Shown: piece by piece, positions 55,417-64,000 of the stretch
Layout: each line of letters begins with the position of its first letter
How positions within the stretch are numbered: position 1 is the first letter of the stretch
Notes under the pieces: model-generated
What the model saw: the letters and a program-made list of their open reading frames with translations, nothing else
The model's database searches: none
What the model was told of the DNA's origin: nothing
Made by a program: the position numbers and the translations under genes
From: a virus
DNA: 64,000 nt
Virus record (IMG/VR): IMGVR_UViG_3300027736_000020
Location: 96,001 to 160,000 of that record
Strand: one strand, 5' to 3'

Positions 55417-57270
55417 ATGGTTCAGTTATTAATAAAGAAAACAAATCAACCGGAAAACCTTGAAAAATCAATTGGTGATTGGTTTAGAAGACTATTTGGT
55501 GGAACAAAAAGCGACAAAAAAACTGTCTTCAAAAAAACTTCGCCTGTATCACACATGTTTCCCGATTTATATTCCGAGCCAATTACTGAAAAACCTCTCT
55601 TATACAAAAAAAATGACCAAGGAATCATGGAGGCAACTCTTTCAAAACAAGAGCATGACGAATGGGAAAAACTTATTAAAAAAATAACTGACGGTTTTTT
55701 CCGCAGAAAAGTAAATGAACATTTCAAAGATAGTGAAAAATCAGACAAATGGATAAGACAATCTCTTGGCAACTTAACAGAGAGACAAGATGTAGCAAGA
55801 AGCAAAAAAATTATTCAAGATTTTCTTGAAAAGATAATTCCTGCGCATAAAGTGCAAATTCCTTCCAGCATTGAATCTTCCGAAGATTATCTGAAAAAAC
55901 TTTTTACTGAAGAACAGCAAAAAAGTATTTATGATATGATCCCTGATTTGCCGATGAAGGCAAAATTTCCTGAACTATTGCCAAATGACAAGGCAAACAC
56001 AACAGAACCATCAGTCGTAGCACAACCATCAGTTGTAGCAACAGCACCAGTCGTAGCACAACCATCAGTCGTAGCACAACCACCAGTTGTAGCAACAGCA
56101 CCAGTTGTAGCAACAGCACCAGTTGTAGCAACAGCACCAGTTGTAGCAACAGCACCAGTCGTAGCAACAGCACCAGTCGTAGCACAACCATCAGTCGTAG
56201 CACAACCACAACCAACTTCCGTCGGTGTTGGGCAATCACTGCCTTCTCCAATCCGTACTGCTCGCGTGCTTACCGTTTCAGAGCGCCGCGCTCTCAATCC
56301 TAATTATGATACCACTTTAGGTACTTCAATACATGATTTTATAAATAGATTTATAACAAGAGTCATTATTGATGCAGATGAATCAACTGGTGATTCTTTG
56401 CAAAAAAAATCATTTATACTAGAAAAACTCAGATCACTGGCTGCAACTGCAAAAGTTCAACCAAAAGGAATATTTAATTCAGGAATTCCAGCTGCTGATT
56501 TTGCTGTGGATTTCTGGAAATTGTGCAATTCAACGCAATTCAATGCCTTGAATATTGGAAAAACAAAAACAGACTTTCAAGCACACATTGAAGATTCTTT
56601 TTTGCGGAAAAAAAGACAAATAGAAATTGATTCTCCCTTGAATCAAAAATGGAGTGAAGGAGACATAACTGAAGTTTTGGCAGATGATAGGCAATCTGAA
56701 AAAATAACCAAACATCCACAAACAGGAAAAGATGAAGCCCTGATTGTGGATGTTTTTAGGCCCAGAATATTACAAAATGGAAAACAAATCATAGCACCAT
56801 TTGTTGCATTAGGAAAAATTCCTTCGCTTTCATCATCGATTGATCCTGTTCCTGATCAGGGAAACTCAGGAATTAGCAACGTAGAAGGAAAAAATAATCC
56901 TGCAAATTCTGCTAGTGTAACTGCTCCCACAGAGCCAACATCTGTGACTCCCACAAATCCTTTGCCATTTGAAATGACAATAAATGCCAATAAGTCTAAA
57001 GGAGAATTTAAAAAATTTGGTGAATCAATTGCGGATTATGCAACAATTTCAAGAATAAAAACAAATGGATCAAATCAAACGCATCAAATTTCCTATCAAC
57101 CAGAACATTACGATAAAATATTAGAAGAAATGCAAAAACACCCAACATTAAGCTCACAGGCAATACTATTCGAAAAACACGGAGTTGGTTCAGTTGAATC
57201 TCCTGAAGTCGTTCCTCCCCCTGAAATCAACCCTACGCCAGCAAAGGACGAAGCCGATGACGTTTTTTAA
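55417..57270 (+). CDS. 617 aa hypothetical protein with VVA(QPS/TAP) tract and possible GrpE-like beta domain
   Basis: Starts MVQLLIKK...LEKS; GrpE-like segment at ~56570-56820; ends EADDVF. Confidence 0.8.
   Translation: MVQLLIKKTNQPENLEKSIGDWFRRLFGGTKSDKKTVFKKTSPVSHMFPDLYSEPITEKPLLYKKNDQGIMEATLSKQEHDEWEKLIKKITDGFFRRKVNEHFKDSEKSDKWIRQSLGNLTERQDVARSKKIIQDFLEKIIPAHKVQIPSSIESSEDYLKKLFTEEQQKSIYDMIPDLPMKAKFPELLPNDKANTTEPSVVAQPSVVATAPVVAQPSVVAQPPVVATAPVVATAPVVATAPVVATAPVVATAPVVAQPSVVAQPQPTSVGVGQSLPSPIRTARVLTVSERRALNPNYDTTLGTSIHDFINRFITRVIIDADESTGDSLQKKSFILEKLRSLAATAKVQPKGIFNSGIPAADFAVDFWKLCNSTQFNALNIGKTKTDFQAHIEDSFLRKKRQIEIDSPLNQKWSEGDITEVLADDRQSEKITKHPQTGKDEALIVDVFRPRILQNGKQIIAPFVALGKIPSLSSSIDPVPDQGNSGISNVEGKNNPANSASVTAPTEPTSVTPTNPLPFEMTINANKSKGEFKKFGESIADYATISRIKTNGSNQTHQISYQPEHYDKILEEMQKHPTLSSQAILFEKHGVGSVESPEVVPPPEINPTPAKDEADDVF
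56014..56211 (+). repeat. 11 x 18-bp tandem repeat (VVAQPS/VVATAP)
   Basis: Two alternating unit variants counted directly. Confidence 0.9.
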
Positions 57271-57271
57271 A

Positions 57272-59374
57272 ATGCTCGTACTGAAAAAATCTTCAGAAGA
57301 GCCACCCATTGATCCATCATCTTCTCCTGAAGTGCATCCAATCGTCGATAAATTGAATCAGGCTCGTAGTGCTGCCGATGTGGTCAGAGTAATGGGGGAA
57401 TGGAGAAAAGATCCAGACGCAATGGAAAAAGTAGGTAATTTTGCAGAATTGGCACGGGCCCGCCAAAGGGCGCTAACTGGTGTTCAGCCATTTGTGCCCA
57501 CACCAAGACCTGCACCAAGACCTTCATCAAACCCTGCACCATCAAACCCTGCACCATCAAACCCTGCACCATCAAACCCTGCACCATCAAACCCTGCACC
57601 ATCAAACCCTGCAACACGCGCTGTTGACGACGATGGTCCACCAGATGATGATGATCTATGGGCTGGTTATGATAATTTGAGAAATGATCGTCCTGATACT
57701 CGCCTCGTTGCTCCATTTACACCAGAAGGTTTTACACCAGAAGGTGTCACAACTGAAAGACCGACTGAGCTGATAGCTGAATTCATTCCAGAATCAGATC
57801 AAAGAAGAAGACGCAGGGAACTTTCTCCTGCTGTACGCAGTCTTCTGATCAGGCCAGAGCACAGAGGCCCCAATGCTCTTTTCCCTATGATGTTGCTAGG
57901 GCCTCCTGTGCAACGAGTAGCCGCAACATTACCAGAAAATCAAGGTGTTGAAATTTCCGAAGAAAAACAAGCGCTTATTGACAAGATCATGGGTACACCA
58001 AAACCTCCACAGAACCAGAATGATTTGTCTCCCGAGCAACGTACAGCACAAAGAATAAATGCCATGATTAGGGCAGATTTTACACCAGCTGAACAAATGC
58101 AAGCACAGCAAAAACTTATTGATCTTGATGTTCCTAGAGATGATTTTGCAAAATTAAAGACAATGTCAATGGAAGATTTACAGCTTATGTCGGACATGAT
58201 TGATCATCATTCAGCAAAAATTGACACATTAAAAAAATTAAATATTGAAAACAGTGATTTGCTTGATAATGATCAATTGAAGCAATTGATCACTGAAAAA
58301 GGCAGGGCAGACCTTTTTGATCCAGATCCTTTGGATGAAATGTTCCAAGGAAAATCTGATTTGACAAGAGCCGCAATGATCAAGAATGAATTCATCAAAA
58401 AAGAGCTTAAAAGAATCAGTCATTACATAAGCAGCAGTAATAGAGAAAATATTTTTGGAACAGACGATCCCTCTGAATACACAAAATTTGTTAGGAAACT
58501 TCATGAAATTACACAACATTATCAACAAACTGATAATGTGAAAATTATCACTCAAGCGCTTAATTCAGGAATGCCTGTTGGATACTATGAATTAAATTTA
58601 TTCCGCGAACACAAAGGTCTTCCTCCGCTCACAAGAGAAGAAATTGATGCAGCGATGTCTGAAGAACGCAAAAAAGAATATGAATTGCCTTCTTTGCTTA
58701 CCACTGGTACAGCAGATCCTAAACAACGAGAAAAACTATTGCAACAATATGGATACTTTATTGATTTGATGAATAAAGATAAAACATATGATAAAGATGC
58801 TCGCGCAGCCAATTTGTACGGCATGCTTCTTATTCACAATATGATAAAAAGGCAAAATGCAAGAACTGCACCAGCAAGAACTGCACCAGCAAGAACTGCA
58901 CCAGCAAGAACTGCACCAGCAAGAACTGCACCAACAGGAATTGCACCAACAGGAATTGCACCAGAAGCAGACATTTGGATACCAGCGTTGGAAAAGACGA
59001 TCAAAGACCCTTCAATTTTAAGTTTTCCCAATCTTGCCGCAAAAATGCAAACAGCAATTGCTCACGCAAAAACAGGCGATATAAAATCAATGATGAGTGT
59101 ATATTTTGACGCAATCACATCTACTGAATTTCGTCTTGGAAATACGAATAAAATTCGTGAAAGAGTAGAAATAGAAATGAGAGGGGAAGACTCTACCCAG
59201 TTAAGAAATGAATTTCAGTCGTTTGAGACCCTTGTTCGTCTGTTTCTCAGGGATAAATTTAAAATGGAACTTTCTACACCAGAAGGAATTTGGTCACCAT
59301 CGCAAAAGGGAAAACCAATGAAATATGTATTGACCAGCACAGAAGACGGCAAAGAGCAACAGTTTGAAACCTAA
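57272..59374 (+). CDS. ~700 aa hypothetical protein with MLVLKKSS N-terminus and Pro-rich repeats
   Basis: Start moved to ATG 57272, 1 nt after the upstream stop; carries the shared tag. Confidence 0.8.
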   Translation: MLVLKKSSEEPPIDPSSSPEVHPIVDKLNQARSAADVVRVMGEWRKDPDAMEKVGNFAELARARQRALTGVQPFVPTPRPAPRPSSNPAPSNPAPSNPAPSNPAPSNPAPSNPATRAVDDDGPPDDDDLWAGYDNLRNDRPDTRLVAPFTPEGFTPEGVTTERPTELIAEFIPESDQRRRRRELSPAVRSLLIRPEHRGPNALFPMMLLGPPVQRVAATLPENQGVEISEEKQALIDKIMGTPKPPQNQNDLSPEQRTAQRINAMIRADFTPAEQMQAQQKLIDLDVPRDDFAKLKTMSMEDLQLMSDMIDHHSAKIDTLKKLNIENSDLLDNDQLKQLITEKGRADLFDPDPLDEMFQGKSDLTRAAMIKNEFIKKELKRISHYISSSNRENIFGTDDPSEYTKFVRKLHEITQHYQQTDNVKIITQALNSGMPVGYYELNLFREHKGLPPLTREEIDAAMSEERKKEYELPSLLTTGTADPKQREKLLQQYGYFIDLMNKDKTYDKDARAANLYGMLLIHNMIKRQNARTAPARTAPARTAPARTAPARTAPTGIAPTGIAPEADIWIPALEKTIKDPSILSFPNLAAKMQTAIAHAKTGDIKSMMSVYFDAITSTEFRLGNTNKIRERVEIEMRGEDSTQLRNEFQSFETLVRLFLRDKFKMELSTPEGIWSPSQKGKPMKYVLTSTEDGKEQQFET
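57526..57615 (+). repeat. 6 x 15-bp tandem repeat (atcaaaccctgcacc; SNPAP)
   Basis: Five perfect units plus one variant. Confidence 0.95.
58859..58963 (+). repeat. 5 x ARTAP plus 2 x TGIAP 15-bp tandem repeat
   Basis: gcaagaactgcacca x5, acaggaattgcacca x2. Confidence 0.95.
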
Positions 59375-59376
59375 AA

Positions 59377-59682
59377 TCAAGAAGATTCTTTTACAATATA
59401 CAAATATCCATCAAAATTATCTTCTATTGCCGGATCTAGTGAATGATCATATTCCCTCGACTCATAGTACTCTATGAATTGCAATGCCTTTTGTCTACGA
59501 AAATTCCATACATATTTTTTGTATTTTGGATTGTTTCCAACAAATAAACTTTTATCAGCTGGATTTATGATAAACAATATATCACCGGTAATATCAAGTA
59601 TCTGGTTGTGAATTGAGCGTTCTTCTTGCCTCATCAAATCCAGCAATTCTTCCCAATTTTCGGTGTCAATTATTGTGTTCAT
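59377..59682 (-). CDS. Hypothetical protein
   Basis: 101 aa, AAGGG upstream. Confidence 0.65.
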   Translation of the reverse strand: MNTIIDTENWEELLDLMRQEERSIHNQILDITGDILFIINPADKSLFVGNNPKYKKYVWNFRRQKALQFIEYYESREYDHSLDPAIEDNFDGYLYIVKESS

Positions 59683-59689
59683 AAAACCC

Positions 59690-60196
59690 TTACTTAAAAT
59701 TTCTTAATACGGCGGCCAAAAGAAAAGTCAACAAAAGCTCAGGTTGTGGTGTTTCCTGAGGCGTTGTCATGAATGGAACAGGCGTTGGGGTGACAATAAC
59801 TGTGACACACGCTGATGCTTCGTTGAGCGAGTTTATCAGTATTGGTTTTACATACGCATTCATTTCCCATTCAGGAATGGATTTCCAATTCATGACGGTG
59901 GTATTCCCAACATTATACGCTGACAATGCATATTCGTATGGATTTGTCCTGTCAGCGTAGATATTCAGATAATTCCGCAAAATCTTGGCAGCATAAAACA
60001 ATGATTCAACAGGATTCCAGACATCGACACCGGGATGTGAAAGAGGATTGATTTGTGCAATTCCGTAGGATCCTGATCCTGAAGCCTTTGCATCCCATCT
60101 GCTTTCCTTTTGAATCAACGCAAAGAAAACTGCTGCACTGATTTGTGCTTTTTCCGCAGCGGCACAAGCAACGTGCTCGTATAGCTCTCGAAACAT
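59690..60196 (-). CDS. Lytic transglycosylase (SLT domain)
   Basis: Catalytic 'IQKES', 'GIAQ', 'ALSAYNVG'; GGAG upstream; hydrophobic C-terminal tail. Confidence 0.85.
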   Translation of the reverse strand: MFRELYEHVACAAAEKAQISAAVFFALIQKESRWDAKASGSGSYGIAQINPLSHPGVDVWNPVESLFYAAKILRNYLNIYADRTNPYEYALSAYNVGNTTVMNWKSIPEWEMNAYVKPILINSLNEASACVTVIVTPTPVPFMTTPQETPQPELLLTFLLAAVLRNFK

Positions 60197-60235
60197 AATG
60201 GTGCTCCAATCAGATAAGAATAGAAAAAGGCGTAG

Positions 60236-60397
60236 CTAGTCTTTTTTCTTGGGAGTGAGATTTGTTAGCAGCAGCTTGATTTCTTCAACGGTGAGGTCGG
60301 CAAACTGTCGTCTCGGCTGAAGTTGTGGCTGCCTCCAAATCAGCGCATGGCGGCGTGGTAGCCGCTCACACTCTTCTTTTTTCCGGGGGTCTGTCAT
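60236..60397 (-). CDS. 53 aa basic hypothetical protein
   Basis: GGAGG upstream of ATG 60397; possible TGGACA-N18-TATACT promoter at 60443-60414. Confidence 0.6.
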   Translation of the reverse strand: MTDPRKKEECERLPRRHALIWRQPQLQPRRQFADLTVEEIKLLLTNLTPKKKD

Positions 60398-60458
60398 GCA
60401 ACCTCCATGTGGAAGTATACCCGGCATGAAGCCCCTGTGTCCAATTTTTTTTTATTTT

Positions 60459-63400
60459 TCACACACCACCAAATGGATGGAACTGTGCGGCAGCAATTTT
60501 TTGCTCCGCTTCAGTTGGTGAAATGCCAAAAAGCTTTGCCAATCCATCAATGACTTGATTATTTGAAAGCGACGCGGAAATTTGGCGTTCAGATAAATCT
60601 GCTTGTTCGCTGTTTGTCATCAGTTCAGGCTCATTTACCATAAATGATTTTGATAATTTTTCATCAATAGATTCAGGGGAAACACCAATGATATTTGATA
60701 ATGTTATTTTTTCATCACGAGAAAGATTGCTCTTTTCAACAGGTGTCATGTCACGCATTGGAGGAACCAATGTTTTTATTCCTGTTTGATATAGCACTGG
60801 ATGAGAAATTGCTGTTTCCAGTGAATCTTCTGTGTTAAGCCAATATTGTTCTGGATTCAATTTATAGTGTTGATATGCATTTTGAATTACAATCCTGTTC
60901 CATTCAGTATGCAAATCAAGATCTGGATTATTCATTCCTTTTTTCATTTGAGAATTTTGTATCCAATTTTTAATAATTGATTCATTTTCATCTTTTAGTA
61001 CTATATTCTGAAGCATTGCAAGATCATCCAAAACAAAAAATTCAATTTTTTCGTCTTCGGTCATTGATTTTGCAAGTTCTTGTCTATTTAAATGATATTT
61101 TTCTGATTCTGTCAATTCTTTTTTTGCATTATGAGAAAATAGGAAAAATGGTTCTTTTGTTGTCATTGAGGTGGCCTTTCTTTCAAATGATCTGGTAAGC
61201 GGAGTAGTAGTCGGTTTTGGAGTGCTGGTCGGTTTTGGAGTGCTGGTTCGTTTTGGAGTGCTAGTCGGTTTTGGAGTTTTTGTTGGTGAAGCAGCAGGGG
61301 TATTTGATTGCGAATTCCAAAATTTATCAATTTGTGCTTGAGACGTTGCGCGAATTCTATTCGAAGTGCTATCTGGATTATCTGCCAATTCCTTTACTGT
61401 CGGAGGAGTATTTGGATGCCATTGTGTTGGAGTTAAATCTGGATCATCCCAGTTACCACTATCATCTACTATTTCTCTTTTATTGTAATCTATTTGTGGT
61501 GGAACCAATTCACTCGGATCTCTCGGATCTGAAGTTATTCCGTTAGAACGCGCCCAGTCATCCCACTCTTTTGTACCATAGAGTGGAGCACCTCCTGGCT
61601 TATTCTGAAGCTCCTCCCATTCTTCCGAAGTCCAGTTATCCTGAATGCCTAAAACAGGATTAATTTTAGACATTCCTGTGGATCTTGTCGCTGTGGGTGT
61701 AGCTGTAGGAGTTTCCGATTGTTTAGCTTGTGCAGTAGCTGCTTCCATGGTTGCATATGCACGATGTCTTCCTGTCGGATTTGCATTTCTTGGATCGTCA
61801 GGAAAAGTAGCTGTTCTTTCAGGCCCTCTTGATTGTTGCGCCGATCTTGATCCTTGTGAGGCAAATTGATTTGCAAGAAGATTTGCGGCTACGTCTTCAG
61901 CAGAAGGTGTAGGTGTAGTCTGTCCTGCAATTCTGGTTGCTGCATTATTTACTGCTTCAGGAACATTTCCTCCTCTTGTATCAAGAGGCTCTTCACTGTG
62001 CAAACTTGGAAAATCTCTCAACATTGGTTTTGCTGGATCTGGAGTTTTTCTTTCTGAAGGCGCATTTGTTGGGCGCACAGACAAATCACTAAGCGTTTTG
62101 TCACTATCAAGATATCCGCCGTAATTTTCTTTAAACATATTTTGCGCAGCTCTGATTCCTCCTCTTGCAGAATCAATAAATCTATCTGTAAAAGATTGAG
62201 GCGTTTTTGTTGAATCTGCCACTCGTGTTGAAGTTACTGAGGCAGTAGGTGTGGGTGTTGATGTTTCAGTAGGTGTGGGTGTTGGCGTTTCTGATCCTTT
62301 GGCTCGGGCAATTGCTGTAGCTTTTGAGTTGTCAAGAAGCACTTTTATTTCATTTGGAGTCAGTGTAGATCTTGTTACTGGTGTTGGCGTGCCACCTGTG
62401 CGACGATATTCCCATCCGTCCATCATTTCTGGAGTTGAAGTTGGAGTTGACATATCTCGCTTGGGAATCATTGCTGATAATGCTGGAGTTATAAAGTTTT
62501 TATCAAGCCAATCAATTAAAGCATTTAGTTCTTTATCTTTACCATCATCAGGTCTCCGAAAAATCATTGGCTCTCTTGTGGCTGTTTGAGTCGGTGTTGG
62601 GTCGGTAGGAGTATCTTCCTCCTCAATCGTGTTTGCAGCACTTGGCGTCTCTGTAGCAGGCACTGATGTTGCTGTAGGGCTTGGCGTCGCTGTAGCACTT
62701 GGCGTCGCTGTAGAAGGCACAGCTGTCGCTGTAGCACTTGGCGTCGCTGTAGGAGGCACAGCTGTCGCTGTAGCACTTGGCGTCGCTGTAGGAGGCACTG
62801 CTGTCGCTGTAGGGCTTGGCGTCGCTGTAGGAGGCAGAACTGTCGCTGTGGGACTTGGTGTTTGTGTGTTTGCAGCAATTTCATTTATTGCAGATTCGTC
62901 GCCTTGATTGATACGTGAGATAAAATCATCATATGGAGTTCTATTGCCAAGCCAATTTGTAACTCCTTGTCCTTTTGTTTCCAGTTTTTCTCTTGGATTA
63001 AGTGCTCTTGGACCAATAAAATTTTTTACTCTATTATCTTCATCAATTTCTTCTTGTGTTTTACTTACATGAGGTGTGGACCATCCAAAACCGCCACCTA
63101 AATTTACAATTTGTCCTTCTACTGGATTATTTTTTTGCCATTCTTGATCTTTGTCTCCAATTATTGGATAAACAAGATCTCCTTTTTGACTGTATTTTCC
63201 GTTATACCGAAATGGATCATAATCCGGTATTCCAAGTAAATTTTCTACAAGGCTTTGTGGAGGTTTTACGACATTTTCCATGAGAGATTGATGTGCAAGT
63301 AAAGCGCGATTATTTTTATCGAGTATTTGTTTTTCAGTTAATGGTTGATGATAATCAGTATAATTTCTCAAAGGTTTTTCTGTTTGCGTTGCACTTGCAG

Positions 63401-64000
63401 GAATTTGTGTTGCTGTAGGGCTTGACGTAGCGGTAGCAGTGCCTATGGGGATTATCGTATTTGTAGCAGGCACTGTCGGTGATGTAGGAATTGGCGTCGC
63501 TGTAGGACTTGACGTAGCGGTAGCAGTGCCTATGGGGAATGTCGTATTTGTAGGAGGCACTGCCGTGGCTGTAGGAGGCACTGCCGTGGCTGTAGGTTTG
63601 GTTAGTGCATCGGTCAATATCTTTGAGGCTTCAGAGTTTGGATCGTATGAATAATTTCCCGGATCATTAGCATTTGCTGCATTTGCTGCATTTGTGGCAT
63701 TTTCATTAAGTACTTGATCTTTTGCTTGATTAAATATTCTTTTTTCTGATTCATCCAATGGAAACACAACTGCGGGATTTAAAAGAATAGGATTTTCTCT
63801 TATGAATTTTATGATATTTTCAAAAGGAACGTTTGAAAAAGATCGAACACCTTTATCATTAACATAAGAAGGATTATTAAGCAAAGGATTTTCATTTAAA
63901 AACCTATTTCTGGCATTTTTTCCCCGAATTTGAAGTTCAGCATCTCTATCTTGCGGAATGACTTGTCCAGCTTGCAATATGTTTCCCTGATTGTCAACAG
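60459..64000 (-). CDS. Giant Thr/Pro-rich protein, 5' end outside the window (>1172 aa)
   Basis: Frame stays open from 63977 to the window edge; several TATP/TPTP linkers; C-terminal ~230 aa acidic domain with LAKS and LSKS. Confidence 0.8.
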   Translation of the reverse strand, partial: VDNQGNILQAGQVIPQDRDAELQIRGKNARNRFLNENPLLNNPSYVNDKGVRSFSNVPFENIIKFIRENPILLNPAVVFPLDESEKRIFNQAKDQVLNENATNAANAANANDPGNYSYDPNSEASKILTDALTKPTATAVPPTATAVPPTNTTFPIGTATATSSPTATPIPTSPTVPATNTIIPIGTATATSSPTATQIPASATQTEKPLRNYTDYHQPLTEKQILDKNNRALLAHQSLMENVVKPPQSLVENLLGIPDYDPFRYNGKYSQKGDLVYPIIGDKDQEWQKNNPVEGQIVNLGGGFGWSTPHVSKTQEEIDEDNRVKNFIGPRALNPREKLETKGQGVTNWLGNRTPYDDFISRINQGDESAINEIAANTQTPSPTATVLPPTATPSPTATAVPPTATPSATATAVPPTATPSATATAVPSTATPSATATPSPTATSVPATETPSAANTIEEEDTPTDPTPTQTATREPMIFRRPDDGKDKELNALIDWLDKNFITPALSAMIPKRDMSTPTSTPEMMDGWEYRRTGGTPTPVTRSTLTPNEIKVLLDNSKATAIARAKGSETPTPTPTETSTPTPTASVTSTRVADSTKTPQSFTDRFIDSARGGIRAAQNMFKENYGGYLDSDKTLSDLSVRPTNAPSERKTPDPAKPMLRDFPSLHSEEPLDTRGGNVPEAVNNAATRIAGQTTPTPSAEDVAANLLANQFASQGSRSAQQSRGPERTATFPDDPRNANPTGRHRAYATMEAATAQAKQSETPTATPTATRSTGMSKINPVLGIQDNWTSEEWEELQNKPGGAPLYGTKEWDDWARSNGITSDPRDPSELVPPQIDYNKREIVDDSGNWDDPDLTPTQWHPNTPPTVKELADNPDSTSNRIRATSQAQIDKFWNSQSNTPAASPTKTPKPTSTPKRTSTPKPTSTPKPTTTPLTRSFERKATSMTTKEPFFLFSHNAKKELTESEKYHLNRQELAKSMTEDEKIEFFVLDDLAMLQNIVLKDENESIIKNWIQNSQMKKGMNNPDLDLHTEWNRIVIQNAYQHYKLNPEQYWLNTEDSLETAISHPVLYQTGIKTLVPPMRDMTPVEKSNLSRDEKITLSNIIGVSPESIDEKLSKSFMVNEPELMTNSEQADLSERQISASLSNNQVIDGLAKLFGISPTEAEQKIAAAQFHPFGGV
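61210..61281 (-). repeat. 4 x 18-bp repeat (TSTPK[P/R])
   Basis: gtcggttttggagtgctg units. Confidence 0.85.
62641..62865 (-). repeat. 39-bp-period repeat (PTATPSATATAVP)
   Basis: cttgg[c/t]g unit start recurs at 62698, 62737, 62776, 62815 and 62854. Confidence 0.85.
63412..63560 (-). repeat. Duplicated ~60-bp block with 87-bp period (TNTxxPIGTATATSSPTAT)
   Basis: cttgacgtagcggtagcagtgcctatgggga occurs twice. Confidence 0.85.

Noticed and set aside
57185-57271. Upstream TTG extension MVQLNLLKSF resembling the previous gene's N-terminus
   Set aside because: It overlaps the previous CDS by 86 nt and has no properly spaced RBS. ATG 57272 gives the shared MLVLKKS start, so the similarity is probably coincidental.
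60196-60238. In-frame TAG between the 53 aa ORF and the transglycosylase, suggesting readthrough or stop-codon recoding
   Set aside because: The transglycosylase has its own GGAG and ATG. In-frame adjacency has a 1-in-3 chance. Giant ORFs are already uninterrupted in code 11, and TAG ends nrdJ at its conserved C-terminus.
54826-63560. Possible CRISPR arrays
   Set aside because: All repeats are contiguous, in-frame coding tandem repeats with no unique spacers. The Cas4-like nuclease has no cas1/cas2 neighbours.

Overview
This window is part of a large (jumbo-type) tailed bacteriophage genome read in the standard code 11. It has Shine-Dalgarno sites and sigma70-like promoters, and I see no host housekeeping operon. 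(1) 0.1-27.7 kb is one continuous leftward operon. It carries SPO1/A511/K-like (Herelleviridae-like) neck genes, a DUF559 nuclease, a Rad52/Sak-like annealing protein, and three giant AT-rich proteins with embedded enzyme domains: 1363 aa (HD plus a degenerate PARP-like fold), 2222 aa (DprA/SLOG) and 2566 aa (C-terminal UvrD/PcrA helicase). (2) 27.8-36 kb holds rightward orphan genes, including a 1935 aa protein. (3) 37.3-50.6 kb is a visibly more GC-rich replication/metabolism block: class II ribonucleotide reductase, nine tRNA genes with micro-ORFs between them, dNMP kinase, DenV-like glycosylase, Cas4/RecB-like nuclease, SSB and a MazG-like pyrophosphatase. (4) 50.6-64 kb holds a DUF488-Macro-NADAR fusion, three large proteins with Pro-rich tandem repeats, a lytic transglycosylase and a truncated Thr/Pro-rich giant. 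The best candidate for an undescribed system is a set of unrelated large proteins that share an N-terminal hydrophobic-KK(S/A/T) tag resembling the prohead-protease site of A511-like phages. I infer a capsid-packaged, co-injected payload, including a DarG-like macrodomain plus NADAR 'double eraser' that could counter both DarTG defence types. All domain calls are by eye from motifs; no database search was run.
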